Assembly: GCF_009914755.1 (NCBI RefSeq)
Contig: NC_060935.1
Source: the human T2T-CHM13v2.0 reference genome, Homo sapiens
Strand: one strand, 5' to 3'
Length of the DNA: 64,000 nucleotides
Below, in pieces: positions 41,095-56,049 of the stretch; the stretch's first letter is position 1, and every line of letters starts with the position of its first letter. The position numbers were made by a program, and so were the translations under genes. The notes beneath the pieces were generated by a model. That model was given only the letters and a program-made list of their open reading frames with translations. It did no database searches and was not told the origin of the DNA.

Positions 41095-41460
41095 TGATAT
41101 GGTTTGGCTGTATCCCCCCACAAATCTCATCTTAAATTGTAATCCCCATAACCCCCACGTGTGGTGGGTGGGTCTTAGTGAGAGCTAATTGAATCATGGG
41201 CTGGTTTCCCCCATGCTGTTCTCATAATAGCAAGTAACTTCTCACAAGATTGGATGGTTTTATAAATGTCTGGCATTTCCCCTGCTGGCATTCATTCTCT
41301 CTCCTGCCACCCTGTGAAGGGGTCCCTCCCATGACGATTATAAGTCTCCTGAGACCTCCCCAGACATGTGGAACTGTGAGTCACTTAAATCTCTTTCCTT
41401 TATAAACTACCCAGTCTTGGGTAATCTTCATAGTAGTGTGAGAATGGACTAATTAATACA
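41095..41460 (+). mobile_element. THE1D-like solo LTR
   Basis: TGATATGGTTTGGCTGTATCCCC..TAATACA; perfect TSD CCAGG (41090-41094, 41461-41465). Confidence 0.93.
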
Positions 41461-42109
41461 CCAGGTTTTCAGAATGTATCTTTCTGAGAATGTTTGTATA
41501 TATATTTAGAGGCTATACTAATTTTGCATTCAATCATTTAAATCACTGTTCCAAAATCTATATACTTAGTAAACAGGTCTATGCAAAAGAGAATTTTAAA
41601 GTCAAATAAATCTGAATATAAAATGGTATTGTTAAAGACTCCACATGGGAAACATATCAAAGTTAGAAAAAAATTAATATTTCTTCATCCTTTCAACTTA
41701 GCCCTCCATGCAAAATTAAATGGAACTATAAGTTGTTCCAGGTAAAGCCAATGTTTTATTCTCTTCTAAAGTACAAAGTGAGAAGTGTGAAATAAAAATT
41801 AATTCAGCTGAAAAGTCATCACTTCTCTTTGGCTTTCTCACTTAGAAATGATAGATTTTCAGTGGTAAAGTGAATTGCTCTATAATCTTCTGATTGAAAA
41901 AGCAATAACATTTGAATTTTAGACATGGTTACTAGAACCATTTAGATTTTCATGAAATTAATATTGTTTTTCATATTGCAAAATATGAAAAAACAAACTT
42001 AAAAAGACCAATATTTTCCATTTATGTCAAGAACAGAATAAAATTCAATGAGTTTATTCCTTGTGGGTGCTTTAATCTTCCACAGTAGGAGGACTTTTAC
42101 TGCACAGCT

Positions 42110-42330
42110 ATGAACATAGTGCAGAGTGGAGGTAAAGATCACTTTCTCTGGTCTCTGATAACCAGGGTTCAAATCTAGTTCTACCACTTCCTGGTTGTGT
42201 GACCATTGCAGTAAGATACTAATCGCTCTGTGCCTCAGTTTCCCAATATGTAAAATAGAGATTGATGTAATAGTACCAATCATAGGATTTTAAAAGGTAA
42301 TCAATTGTTTTTAATATAATTTCAAAGTGT
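42110..42330 (+). mobile_element. MIR
   Basis: CCAGGGTTCAAATCTAGTTCTACCACTTCCTGGTTGTGTGACC..CTCTGTGCCTCAGTTTCCC..TGTAAAATAG. Confidence 0.75.
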
Positions 42331-45324
42331 TATATACAAAGCAAAGTACTTGGAATTATCTGATTCAGTATAAGCCCTTAATAACTGTTTTCCATTTTTA
42401 GTAGAATTTGCATTTATCTGAAAGTCTGAGATTCTGGTATCATCCAGATCTCTACCTCTGTAACTGTGAAAAAGTTTCTTCATTCATTCAGCAAATGTGA
42501 ATATATCCTTAACTAGGTAGTGATGATACAATGTTCGACAAAATGCAGTTCCTGACCTCAGAGAGTTTATAAATCTTTTGGAATGGCAGACTAGAATCAG
42601 CAACTCACTTTGTGAGCTCTTATTTCTCCATGTATAAAAGAAAGGACGGATCTATATTATTTTAATTTTCTTTCTTCTCTAAAACGCTAAATCTTAAAAA
42701 CACAGTTTATGTATGGAAAACAGTTAGTTGTAACTTTGTATAGCATCAATCTGATATCTGAGAAGAATTGGAAGCATGAGTGTCAAAATATTTTCAGATA
42801 TTCCTTTGTATAATTAGTAGAGAATAATCACCACAAAAGAATTTTTCTTCTTTTATGGTTTTCACTTTAAATCCACAATAATTATTGAAATTTAATTAGA
42901 TCTATCACTAAGATAAAGTTAACAGTGAAATGCATTTATACAAAAGATTAAATTTCACATTATATAAATGAAGATATACTACTATATAAGACTATTATGT
43001 TGGTGACAATATTGAATGTGCATTGAAGTTGGACATAATTAATTTAACAAGACTAGTTATAAGACCATTCCAATAATAAAATGAAATTAACAAAAATTAA
43101 TTATCAGCATGGCAATAGGGTTAGAATAAGGTGGATACAATTGAAATATATTAATTGGATTGTGTTGACCAGACTCAGAAGCTGACTGAATGAGAAGAGT
43201 TAAAATAAGGAGGTTTCATAGAATTAATCTCTACCATTTCAGCTTAAATAACTGCCTACATGACAATGTAATTTAGGGATTCCAGAATTTTTTTAGGAAT
43301 GGAAATTGCTCATTTTAGATACAAAAGATAGAAGTTCTGCATAAATCAATATCCTATAACCATTTGTGTCTGAAATTCAGCAAGAATGTTGTACATTAGA
43401 CATCAGTAGGAGGGCTCTTTTTTAGTTGTGGAAATTTGAACAGTTGATGACATAGCTAGGCTGGTTTGATACCTATAGTGCATGCTAAGAGAGCCAAAAT
43501 AACAAAAAGCTCATAAAGTTTATGTTCGTCCTTTTAGAGGCTTCAAGGCTTGATCCCAAGTCAAGCAAGATATTGTACTGAGAGAGAGGCTGAATAGGAG
43601 GCTGGATAGGCTGGCTGGAGTCTCAAGTTGAACAGTCATAGTTAACCATTCTTAAATGTCCTTGGCACTCTGTTAATAACTAACATATACATCATCCCAA
43701 ACAACAAAAGATTTTCTTCATCCCCATTTTAGTCTCAAGTAGAAAAGAAATTTCTCCAATATGGTCATGCTTGGATTGTATTGATTGAGGGCTTGAAGTG
43801 GAAGGAGACTGACAGCAGGTCAATACTGTATCTGTGGTTAGGGGCTGAAGGAGACAGGTGCTGACACACACAGGAGTCATATGTTCGCTCTTTTCTAAAG
43901 GACATTTTGAAGGGGAAAAATGCAATTTTCTCAAAGCTCTAGGGGAAAACTTGTCTATTGGAAAGGGAGAAGAAGAAAAGAATAGCTAATAAATACAAAA
44001 CAAAGAACATTCCTTGGAAATCCTTATGAAAAAGTCAGGTTTCTTGAAGAATTGTGCCTTTCAGCCCTTATAAATGTTCTACAGTGTATGACTGACTGTA
44101 TCAGATAGAATCTGTAAGGACTAATGCAAATTACATAGCAGCAGCTGTTAAACTGGTGTGGGAGGGAAAGGTCTTCATTCATCATTTACAGCCTTCTCCA
44201 AAGTATTAATAAAAGCAGAGAAACAACCCAAGAAATAGAACTTCTGCTTTAAGATGATAATTTCTGCAGGCATATGATTTGAGTAAAGCCTTTATATTGT
44301 ATAACTCCCATCACCTTTCCCTTATTTACAAAGTAATATACATTCATCACAATATATAATTTAGAAAGAACAGACACAAAATATAAATAACCATAAAAAT
44401 TAAATATTACTAGATAATCTCACCATATAGAAATAATAGCTGTTAAGATATTGATTTTCACCCTTCCAGTTATATCTTAGAAATAATATAAATTATAAGT
44501 GGAATTATATGGTGAATAAAATTTCATATTTTTCCAAACTAAATATATCATGAATATATTTACACATTATTAGATATTTTATATATATTTATTGCAGAAC
44601 TTTGAATAATACATAATTTTATTCTATGAGCATGTAATCTGTGAAACTAGTTCTTTGTCTTTGGACATTTAAGTTGACTCTCATTTTCCAATTAGTGCTA
44701 CAATATCCTAACATTATTATTTTTAAGCTGTGCTCATATACATGATTATTTCCTAAAAATAAATTGGTATAAGTTAGGCTTTTTGTCTTACCATCAGTGG
44801 CTGTATGGCTATAATTTTTCATGAATTCAAATGTTATCTTTTAATGCTATCTTTACCATACACTAAACCAAAATCTCTACTTTTATCTGCATGTTTCTGC
44901 AGTAGGCCGTGGTGCTCTAGATCTTAAATAACATTTTGCCTGTGTGGTATAATTGTCTATACTTATTACATATCTTCAAAATAAATCTTTCCAAATATAA
45001 ATAATCCAAAATTGATTATTTGAAATGGTGAAAACGTAATTCTGAGAATCAATGATTCTGCTATAAAATTCATTCTTCACATTCATATTTTATAGATTTT
45101 AGAAAAGGTTTATAATTTGTCCTCTTCATTGTATTTTATACATTTCCTTGTAAGCTAGTTTCTAAATATCTTTCTGATGCTATTGAGAATAGCATATTTT
45201 CTAATTGATTATTTCCAGTATTATTATAACTATTTAAGTGTTCTAATGACTTCAGTTGATTCTCAAGTTTTTTTAGGGAACTACTATCTGAAAAGGATAA
45301 TTTTATCTCTTCTAGTAAGTATCC

Positions 45325-45501
45325 TGTGATGGTTAACTTTAGGTGTCAAGTAGACTGGATTAATTAAGGGTTATCTAGATAGCTGGTAAAACATTATTTC
45401 TGCCCGTGTCTGTGAGGGTATTTCTGGAGGAGATTGGCTGGTAGTTGGTGGGCTGAGTGGGGAAGATCCACCCTCAACGTGGGCAGGCATGATCTAATCA
45501 G
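45325..45501 (+). mobile_element. MLT2-family (ERVL) LTR, 5' fragment
   Basis: TGTGATGGTTAACTTTAGGTGTCAA..GGAGGAGATTGG..GAAGATCCACCCTCAACGTGGGCAGGCA. Confidence 0.85.
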
Positions 45502-48500
45502 GCATAATTTCAGTTGGAAAGGAGAACAGGAGAAGTAATAAAGTTGCATGTCACGGAAATCCTCTTTTTGGAAGAGAGTAGGGGAAGGACTAGAGGTGCT
45601 TCAAGACATTGCAGCACAGAGGCCAGTTGGAGTAGTCTCAGTATCCAAGGAAGAAATGAGAAAGAACTGAGCCAGAGGCTTATAAGAATTATTGCAACAC
45701 AACCTGAAAATTTGGGAACACTGTGATTTCCAATCATACATAAAGAGAAGCGAGAGTTGGATTTTGTTGTTTGCTTACTTCTGATTGCACATTTATTAGT
45801 TAATCTGCCCAAATCTATATCTTTGCAATATGAAGTGAGCAAAGTCATATTTTAGAATACCTTTACTGTAGAAGTTTTTAGGGAGTTTATTGTTTGTGTT
45901 TTGTTTTCATTATTTTTGCATTAAATATTAACTTAGAAGTTTTAGCAGAAAACAATTCAGAATGGCAAAAGCAGGTAAAAGCAATGAAAAGAAATTAATT
46001 GGTAGTATTTATTCCCTTAGATCCCTAACCAACCTGTTTTACAAAATACCTTCAAACATTAAAAGAAAAAAATACACAGTAATGTTCTTCTATACTCAAG
46101 TATTTATATCTGAATGGATATTCTTCCACCTTCTCCATCCAGATAGCCACCTCCAAATCATCATGTATATATGTCTGTTTATAATTTTTCTAAAACACAG
46201 TTCTGCTAAGGTGAATGTATTTGCTCATAAATCTGCAAAATCCCCCCTTTGTCTATGCAGTCGAATCTAAACTACACAGCCTGTTTAATCTGTCTGTAAT
46301 CCAATTTTTCAACCTCATTTCCTCATGAGACTTTTTACTGCCCCAGGACTTGACAAACAATCCTTAGTTCTCTCTGCCCTTCTTTGTCTTTCTCATTTCC
46401 ACGCCTCTGTTCACACAAGAAATGTCTTTCTCTTTATTTTCCCAGCCAATAAAGTCCACTGAGCTGATGATTTTTCCATGAATTCTTTCTTGATTTAGTT
46501 GTTCAAAAGTAAACTCTCCCTCCACTGAGTTTACATATATTACTTTCTGTATATCACTTAAGTATTTTTTATATTTCAGCTTTAGTTTTCTTTTACACAT
46601 GTTCTTCCTATCCTACAACATGGAAAGGAATACAAAGAAAAAGAAAAAGGAATAAAAGGAAAATACATACGGCTGAGCTTATTTAATTCTCAAAAATAAA
46701 AATAATATAAAGGTGTAAAATCATTACCCCAATTTACAGATAAGGAAACTTAAATATAAATCAGTGAAATAATCTGGCCAGGGTCTTGTAACTAAAAATT
46801 AATAAATTCAAACCTGAAATCAGCAATGCCCAAATCTATTATATTACACTATTTTACCTCTGGAAAATGGATATAAAATTGCTATACAGGCTTAAAGAGC
46901 TATCCAAACTGAACTCTCACCAGTATTTTTATCATTTCCATTTTCATCTCCATTGCTCTTTACCTCCATCCACTTTACTTCCCCACCCTCCATTTCTCCC
47001 TTTACTTTTCTGTAGTTGAACATGGATCTTTTAAGACCATCATCTTTTCTTTCCCAACCATTATAGGCTGCCTTGAGTTTAAACTCTGAGGCATACACAT
47101 GAAAATATTTTCTTTCTCCACCCCATTTACAGACTGACCACGTATTCTAATGCTGTTGCAGACTTGGCAGGATTAGACATCCAACTGGAGCCTAAGTATT
47201 GCTGGAATTCTCAGAGGGACACATTGCTTAGGTCCCGTGAAGACTCTGATCAGAATAGCACTCTGTGTGAGCAACAGCCCCTTCCCTTTACGGGTGAGCA
47301 ATGGTTCTTTAGTTCCTGGAATGTTTGTCCTTCACATTTCTTTTTATTTCTTGTGAGATCATTCTGTCACTTGATTTTCCTTTTCTTTGTTTTTTCTTTA
47401 TTCCTCCAACTTGTATGTCTCCTCTGCCACCTCTTGTATCTGCCATTCATTCACCAACCAGATTTGTTGGTTCATCCCTATTCTTGTTCCTATTTGTTAA
47501 ACTAAGGCAAGGACACGCATTCAACTGATCTTCAATAACTTCCTAACATGTTCTTCTCTCTAAATTAATTTTCTAACAGTTCTGATAATACAGAGAAGAG
47601 TTTTTACATTTTCTGAATGAATATATATTTATTTGTGTGTTTGTTTTTCTTCTACTGCTCACAGGAAGCATTGAATTTATCTGATGGAAACCTTGTTGTA
47701 AATTTCTCTGATATTGTACATCTTGCCAGTATAAGCACTACTCCATGCTCTATGATGTTCCTATTGGGGCTTTAAGGTAGATGGATCTGGGCTAAATTCC
47801 CATTCCTTATTGTGAAGTTTGAAATAATAACTGATGGCAGTTTCCTTCTCTCTTTCTAGAATAACTTACTTTAATCAGATGGGTAAATGCCCAGGGTACT
47901 GTAAGAGGAGCAAGATCCATCACCAAAAAACAAAGCCATAAGCTCACTGGTGTACTTACCTTCATCCCCCACTAGAGAAAGAGATGCATAAAAGTGACAT
48001 GCTTAAGAGCAAGGTTTCCGATGACATTACTAGATTTTAGTCTTGCACCTGCTGCTGGCTAGCTCTGTGAACTTGAACAAGATATTGTATTAAATAGAGA
48101 TAATAATGACTACCTTAAGCATTAAATGCAATACAGTGGGTAAAATTCCTTGTGTATATAATGTTCAATCCATGTTTTCTTGGTGTAACATGAACTTTTA
48201 ACAGATAGAGATGAGTTCCTTATTTACTTTGCTAGTGCCTGGCACATATAGATTTTCGATGACGTGATATGATGGAAAGGACAAAAAATAGAGAAGGAAA
48301 GGAAAGAGAATGAAATTATCAGATCAGACATCATAATAAATATACCGCAGAACTTAAATGCTAGGTTAAGAAATTGCAGCCTTATTCTGTAAACGATATA
48401 TAATTTTTCCCATTGTAGTTACTAGGCTCTCATCCGCAGCAACCATAGGAAAAGCTCACTTTATACCATGAGCTTTGGGAAGTTCACACTTTAGTCATAC

Positions 48501-51309
48501 TGTCCTTACTTAAATAAATTAATGGGATGTAGAAGAGCCATAAGCAGGGGCAGATAATCAATTGCTACACATCCAAATCCATATCAGTTAATACGAACCA
48601 TTATATGAGTTTCACTCACTACATTCTTAACAATATATTTTTTTTCTTTAGCCCACATTTACTGTCCCTGTTTTTGTATCTACCTCCTATAATACTCACA
48701 TAACTTTTATTCCATGCCCATATGGTGGGCCTTCTATTGCTACATTAAGACACTGCTTAATCCTGCAGGCCTTCCTCAGGGCTCATGCTGCTCCCTTCAA
48801 CTGGATTGTTTCTTTTATTCTTGTGCATATAGACACAGAGTGAAAAATAAAAGTAAACACAGATGTTTGCTGAGTTATTTCTATGTGTCAGGCATACAGC
48901 TGAGCTCCTGATGCCTCATTTGGTTTTACACTTCACAACAACCTATGCAGCACCTATAACTGTTATAATCATTTTACACTTGGAACAACCAAGGCAAAGA
49001 GACATGTACCAACTTTCTTAAAAACATAGAATTTGTTGTTATGATTGGAGTCACTGTTCTGCCTGACACTATTTAATGAAAATTAATAGATTAAATATCC
49101 AGGTTCTCATTATACTTCCACTCTTTATTCTTTGTGTCTATATCTCTCTTCATGTTTTGGATAGCTCTCCTGATGTTTTTACATGTCTCTCTTCATTTGT
49201 TTTGAAAATTTGTTTCAATGATATATAGCACTGAATCATAGTTCATATGGATGATACCAGGATGAGAATACCTCCCAAATATAATGTTCCTTTCAAATGC
49301 AATGTTGGCATCTTAGTCTTTCTTTGGTTCCTAATCTGTGCCGAATCAGTTGCTGAAGATACAGCAGTGAACAAGTCACAAGAATACCCCATCTAGGAGG
49401 TGAGAAAGATAATAAACAGACAACTGCAATGCTATTAATATATAGAACATAGTACGGTGAAGATACACAGAATGTGATGGGGGCACACAGAGAAGGAAGT
49501 TGTTTACTGGGGCAGGGGTATCCAGGAAAGACTTTTCTAAGAAAATCAACATCTGAGCTTAGCTTTAAAAACTATCCAGGCAAAAGAATGTAGAGGAACT
49601 TATAAGCCAATGAACAATCTCAGTAAGGGTCTAGAGATGATAGACCATGACAGAAGCTACAAATGGTCCCTGATTCTTGGGGTGAATGATTTGAAGGAGA
49701 CATTAATAAGAGGTAAGGCAAGATAGGCAGGCAAAGCCTTCTAATAAGTAAATGGCCTTTAATAACAGGTTAAGAAAGCCAGACTTTCTCCTGATTGCAT
49801 TAAGGATTATTATTTGGGAACTAGTCATCAGAAACAAGTATGAAGTAAAATATATAATACAGGCAATAACTCACCAGTACAAGCATGAATATGCAAGCAA
49901 GCTGAAATGGTCTATTGGTAATCTGAATTATGAAATATTTTAAATTTATTCCTTCTGGTTTATCTGAAAGTGAATCTAGTCTCACTAAGTTTTTTGACAG
50001 CATTTAAAGTGTTAAGATTTTTCAATATATTTTAAATATATATAATAAGTAATATGATCAATAAATTGGAAGGTTAGAGGCCCGAGTTCCAGTTCTTGAT
50101 TTAGCACTAACAAATTATGCATCCTTGCAAAGGTCATATAACTTCTAGTGGTGTCAGTTTCTATAAAAGGGAGATACGTAACTAATTTAACACTAAAGTA
50201 ATTTTCAACACTGTGATTATGAATACTTATACCTGAATAATATAATCTGTGGATTTGACCTTTTGTTTGTTTGTAACTGAATGCTTTCAAATTGCTCAAG
50301 GAATTGAGAACTTATTTTTAACTAATCTGGATCAGTCACTTTGATCAAATCATCAAAATCTCTTTACCTCATCATTTTATTTGCCAATTGGACTTAATGG
50401 CAATATACACTAATTAATAATGCGAATCAATTTCAACCTAAAAATTCTGTGTACATATGACAATTTAAGGATTAAGACCATACTGTCTCTTCTCCCTTCT
50501 CAGTCTATTTGATTTTTTTCTGGCATCACCATTGTTAATAATATTTATTAGAACCTAAATATTATTTTTATACTCATATATTTATGTTATATATTTCTCA
50601 CCTTGGAAACATATTTTAACAAGAGATTGCTGAATCAAACTGGGGCTTATAATTTTCATAAATGTCAACATTCATTCTCATGGAAAAAATAAATAATTAA
50701 GTCAAGATTCTACATACTGTACCAGAAAGAGAATAAGATGATTAGATCTTAAGCCTATTAAACTTGGCTAGATAATTAATTTTCCCAAAGAAGATCCAAT
50801 TTTATTTATATTCTCACAAACAGCCACATTTTCCAAGAGTTTAGATTTAATTGATAACCAACGTTTGGTGATTTAGAAGAGGACATCCATTTCAAGCACT
50901 TCTTAGGACACATTCTAAGGCCACTTTTCACTGATGCACAATCCTGCCAACCTTTACTCTTTGCAGTGAAAGTTATAATGTTATTTTTTTCTTCTCCATG
51001 AGTTTAACATAGACAAAGTATTTTTAATATTCTTTTACCCAGTTTTGGTTTAAAAATCATTGATCTTATCTCATCGCTGATCAGTTTTATTCTCAAGGTA
51101 ATTAATGCACCTGGGATATTGTCATTAAAAATAAATTGTTAACATGGAGATGAGTGAAACAAGAAAATAGATTCACCAAAATCATTTTTAAGTAATTTTT
51201 AAAAAATATCAGTGTTAATAAAAATTTGAAATTGATGAAGTGCTTCTATACAATAACAACTCCCACAGAAGAGTATAGAACATGTACATAAATTGTTGTT
51301 ATACAATAG

Positions 51310-51727
<418 letters not shown>

Positions 51728-53805
51728 TAAACATATATTGAGCACCTATACTATTTATACACTAGCTATTCAGGTGTATTATCTCTAATCATCATGCAGC
51801 CCTATATGGTATGTATTTTCATGCTTGCACTATAGGTGAGTAAACTGAGATAAAATGTGATTAAAGTACTTGTTCAGAGCCACACAGTTAAGAAGTGAAA
51901 TTGCCAGACTTAAAGCCCAATTCTACTCATCTCCAAAGCCTATCACTTTTTATTACCATCTGGCCCCTCCCCTTTGATGGATTATCCTATAATGTCTAAA
52001 AATTAAAGCATCTTTATTATGTTGTCATTGTTACTTCAACTTCTCCACTCTAGCCATGATGCCCAAATTACCAGTATCAGGCCCAGCCTCTTCTATTAGA
52101 GATGATAATTTTTTTTCATGCTTGAATTCTCATAAATCTGACAACCGACCTAGGTTGGCCAGTCCAAAGATAGCCCCAGATTCAACAAACTATTAGTGTC
52201 TCTGTGACTTAAGAAATTAGTGTGGCCACTCATGTTTCACTTTTATTTTGTGCTTGTAAGTTTTGGGCTTCTTTAGTATCTTTTGAGTGAAAAGTGACAA
52301 AGAGCGGAGCTCTTTAACAGAATCTCTAGGCTACAATAACTCCCTGCCCATATATATAACATTGTGAGAACTGGAATGGGTACAAGAGCTTTGCACAACA
52401 TATGGCATATATTTTCCATAGAATGAAAGATATGCAGCATTCTGACTTCTCAGAAGTGGTTGTGGAGAGTCTGTGACATTTATGAAACTGGCTATTGCCT
52501 AAATTCATTGTTGCATTGTTAGTCATATCCTCATATATGCACTTATATTTTGGGCATCACAAACATGACACACAGGTACATACACTACATAGATTACACT
52601 CAGCAACCAATATCGGCAGCTTAATGTGCAAGGCAAGGTTAATTATATTAAAATGTGGTCCATATCCAGTTCTGTATAAAGGTAAATGGGCCATTTAGCC
52701 CATTTTCTAGCTCTATCCTTAATAAGGTATTTTAATTTGGGCAAACAAAATATCGTCCCTGAACCTATCATGTTGTGTGTCACATGGGCATAATACTGCT
52801 GTCCATGGTATGTCTGGTGTGAAAACTAAAGAAGAATATATAGAAAGAGCATATGGCACATATATAATACAGTCCAGTGACGAATACGCACCAGTAAATA
52901 AATGAGTAAAATGTGTGGTAGAATTAAGCTGTTGGGTGCCTGCTGTACCATGGCCTAGGCTGGGCACTGAAGACTGACACATCTTGTGATGAATACAGGC
53001 AGTGATTTTCATAAAATGATCATTACTGGAGAAGCTGACACCATGGACTTAAAAGCACAGGGTATGTGTACAGGGAGCAGAGAATAAAAATAACTTAAAT
53101 TTTCAGAGTATGAAGAATAAGGTAAAATATATCAAGCAATAAATGTAGAAAAAGGGCAAACCTCAGTTTCTGAGGGCATTTTAGTGTATGCTAAAACAAA
53201 GTCAGCTTACCTGTTGTTTTCCTCTTTTATCCCTCACATGCCATAGTATGCTTATGTTCAGAAGTCACTTATAAATATTATTGAAATAAAATATTGTAAT
53301 TATCCAAACTCTAACTACGAATGCATTTTTAAACATAGAATATTTTTCCTTATGACATTAAACACATTTAAGAAACAGATATTAAAAGCTACTATGTGCA
53401 GAATATTCCATGAAATCCTCAAACAAATGATGCAGACTGAAAAAGACACTGGAAAGCTGACTGCTAAAAAGGAAACATTAAGTGTTTAGAACATTAAACA
53501 GGGAATCAAAAGAGGGACGGTTTAGTTCTAGCTTGGTCCCATAAAGGGTGATATTAGCTACAAAATTGTGAATAAGTTGCTTTACTTTTGAGGCTACTTG
53601 TTCTTTTTAAAATAGAAATACAAATTCTTAATTTGTCAGGGTTATTTTAATTTGTAACTACGACAAGGATGTGAGAGTCCTTACTACAGATTAAAGCTCA
53701 TATACTTAGAAAAACAATGTAGTTATCAATAGAAAAATGACATAGTTATTAAACACCTGCTCTGAGCTGTTGAAGCATCTTACATACCTTACCTCATTTA
53801 ACTAT

Positions 53806-53820
53806 CGCGCGCGCGCGCGT

Positions 53821-53849
<29 letters not shown>
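53806..53849. repeat. (CG)7TG(CA)14 alternating purine-pyrimidine microsatellite inside a MIR
   Basis: Read directly; flanks CATTTAA..AAACTCTAGGAAGTAGATATTATT are MIR-like. Confidence 0.95.
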
Positions 53850-53853
<4 letters not shown>

Positions 53854-55509
53854 CTAGGAAGTAGATATTATTAATATTATTATTATTATCCTAATTTTAA
53901 AGACGTGAGAAAGAGATGCTCAAAGAGTTTAAACAACATCTCCAAAATTCACATAGGCAAGATGTCATGGAGTTATGATTCAAGCCCAGAAAATATGATT
54001 TCATTATATTAAAATCATCTCATCTTATATCTCACAGTCTGTCTCCTTCTCTACTTTGTACAAACTGAAAATGCGACAAGCCTACTTACAAAACCAGGAG
54101 CAGCTGAAAGCAAGTAAGGTGAAATGACAAAAATACACATTCAATATCAGCATCATGAAGAATACAGTTGGGTAAGAAACAAAATATGCCAGAATTTTGT
54201 TAACTCTTGACACCACCAGGAAATGTTACCTGGACAGATGGTATCCCAGGCCTCCAAGGAGCATTGACATAATGAAAAAGATGAAAGGGAAGAGAAGGCA
54301 GGCAAGCATTCATCAGCCAGAGTGGACTCTAAGACTCGCTTGGCCTGCATGCATCAAGAACAGGTATGCAAGCAAAGAGAACCACCCTGTAAGGACAGAA
54401 AGGCCCAGCACACCTGATGAGAAGAGAGGAAAGGGCCCAGGAGGCAAAGGCACCAAGAAAGGACACCAAAAGAGCCTCAGAGAGGGCTAAGGGAGGAAGA
54501 GGACTTTAATTATCCTATTACAGGCCATTGGAAAGGCCTCTGAAAATGAGGGCTCAGCTTGCTGCATGTGGCTATGGAAAAACTTCATGCATTCAAACTG
54601 TATGTCGCTCAGGAAGGGAGTTTTGTTCTCTACAGGGCTTTTTACTGTGGGGACTAAGAAAATACGTTTTATCAAAATAGGTTTGTAGGACATATTTGAT
54701 TTATTCTGTGACAGTTCCAAAACTAATTCTTGCAGGCCAAATGAAAAGAAAGTAGGGAAGGAAGGAAGAAAGGAAGGGAGGAGGGGAGAGAGGGAGGGAG
54801 GGAGGGAGGGAAAAGATGAAAAACTGCAGGAGAAAATAATGTGACAGGACAATAACTAAAAATATCTTCCTCTATGACAAATAATTGAAGCTAAAAACAG
54901 GTTTAAGAAAAAAAGTAGAGCATTTAGCTCTAGGGTAGAAAAATCATGTCAAATCTAGATTATGATCTGAGTCAGTGTCAATGCCTGACATGCGTAAACC
55001 TCCACTTCCAACCCTCTTCCCTGTGTAGGTCCTAGCGCCTCAGGAATTCCTCTGACTCTACAATAACCCTTCCATTCTCAGTCATGTGGGCATGTAACAG
55101 TATGATAAAAGTCAAAAAGTCCTGGGGTTTTTCATTCAATTTCTTAAAAGATACTAGCAACACCCAGAAATGAATGACTCATTGGATTTAGCAAAAGTGT
55201 TAAAAATACAAGTGTTTAAAGTGCCATGCTCAGATAGATCAGGAAAACAGGAGTATTTCTGTGACTATAAATATGGGCTAGGTACTACTGTGTATCTGAA
55301 TTCAAATCCTTGCTTAGCTACTTTTTAGTTTTGTCAAAGATTGACACATTAATTACGCTCTCTGCGCTTCAGTTTATTTATCTGTGATGATATGCTACCC
55401 CATGTTTTTGTGCAGATTAAGTTACATTTCATGAACTTTTTCCTTTTTTTTTTTTTTCCTGTACCTGCTAAAATAGGTATCCAAGTATTGTTAGCTCTCT
55501 TTCTAGGAA

Positions 55510-55630
55510 CAGGGCATGGTGGCTCACACCTGTAATCTCAGCCTCTTCTGAGGCTGGGGTGGGAGAATCATTTGAGCCCGTCACTTTGAGGCTGCAGTGA
55601 GCTATGACTGTGCCACTGCACTCCAGCCTA
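55510..55630 (+). mobile_element. Free Alu monomer (FLAM-like)
   Basis: GGGCATGGTGGCTCACACCTGTAATC..GAGGCTGCAGTGAGCTATGA..CACTCCAGCCT. Confidence 0.85.
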
Positions 55631-55666
55631 ACTATAGAATACTAATTTTAGTGTTCTTTGCACTGA

Positions 55667-56049
<383 letters not shown>

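Noticed and set aside
54197-54852. Lys/Gly-rich and Ser/Pro/Leu-rich ORFs
   Set aside because: Arise from purine-rich low-complexity sequence; no family similarity.
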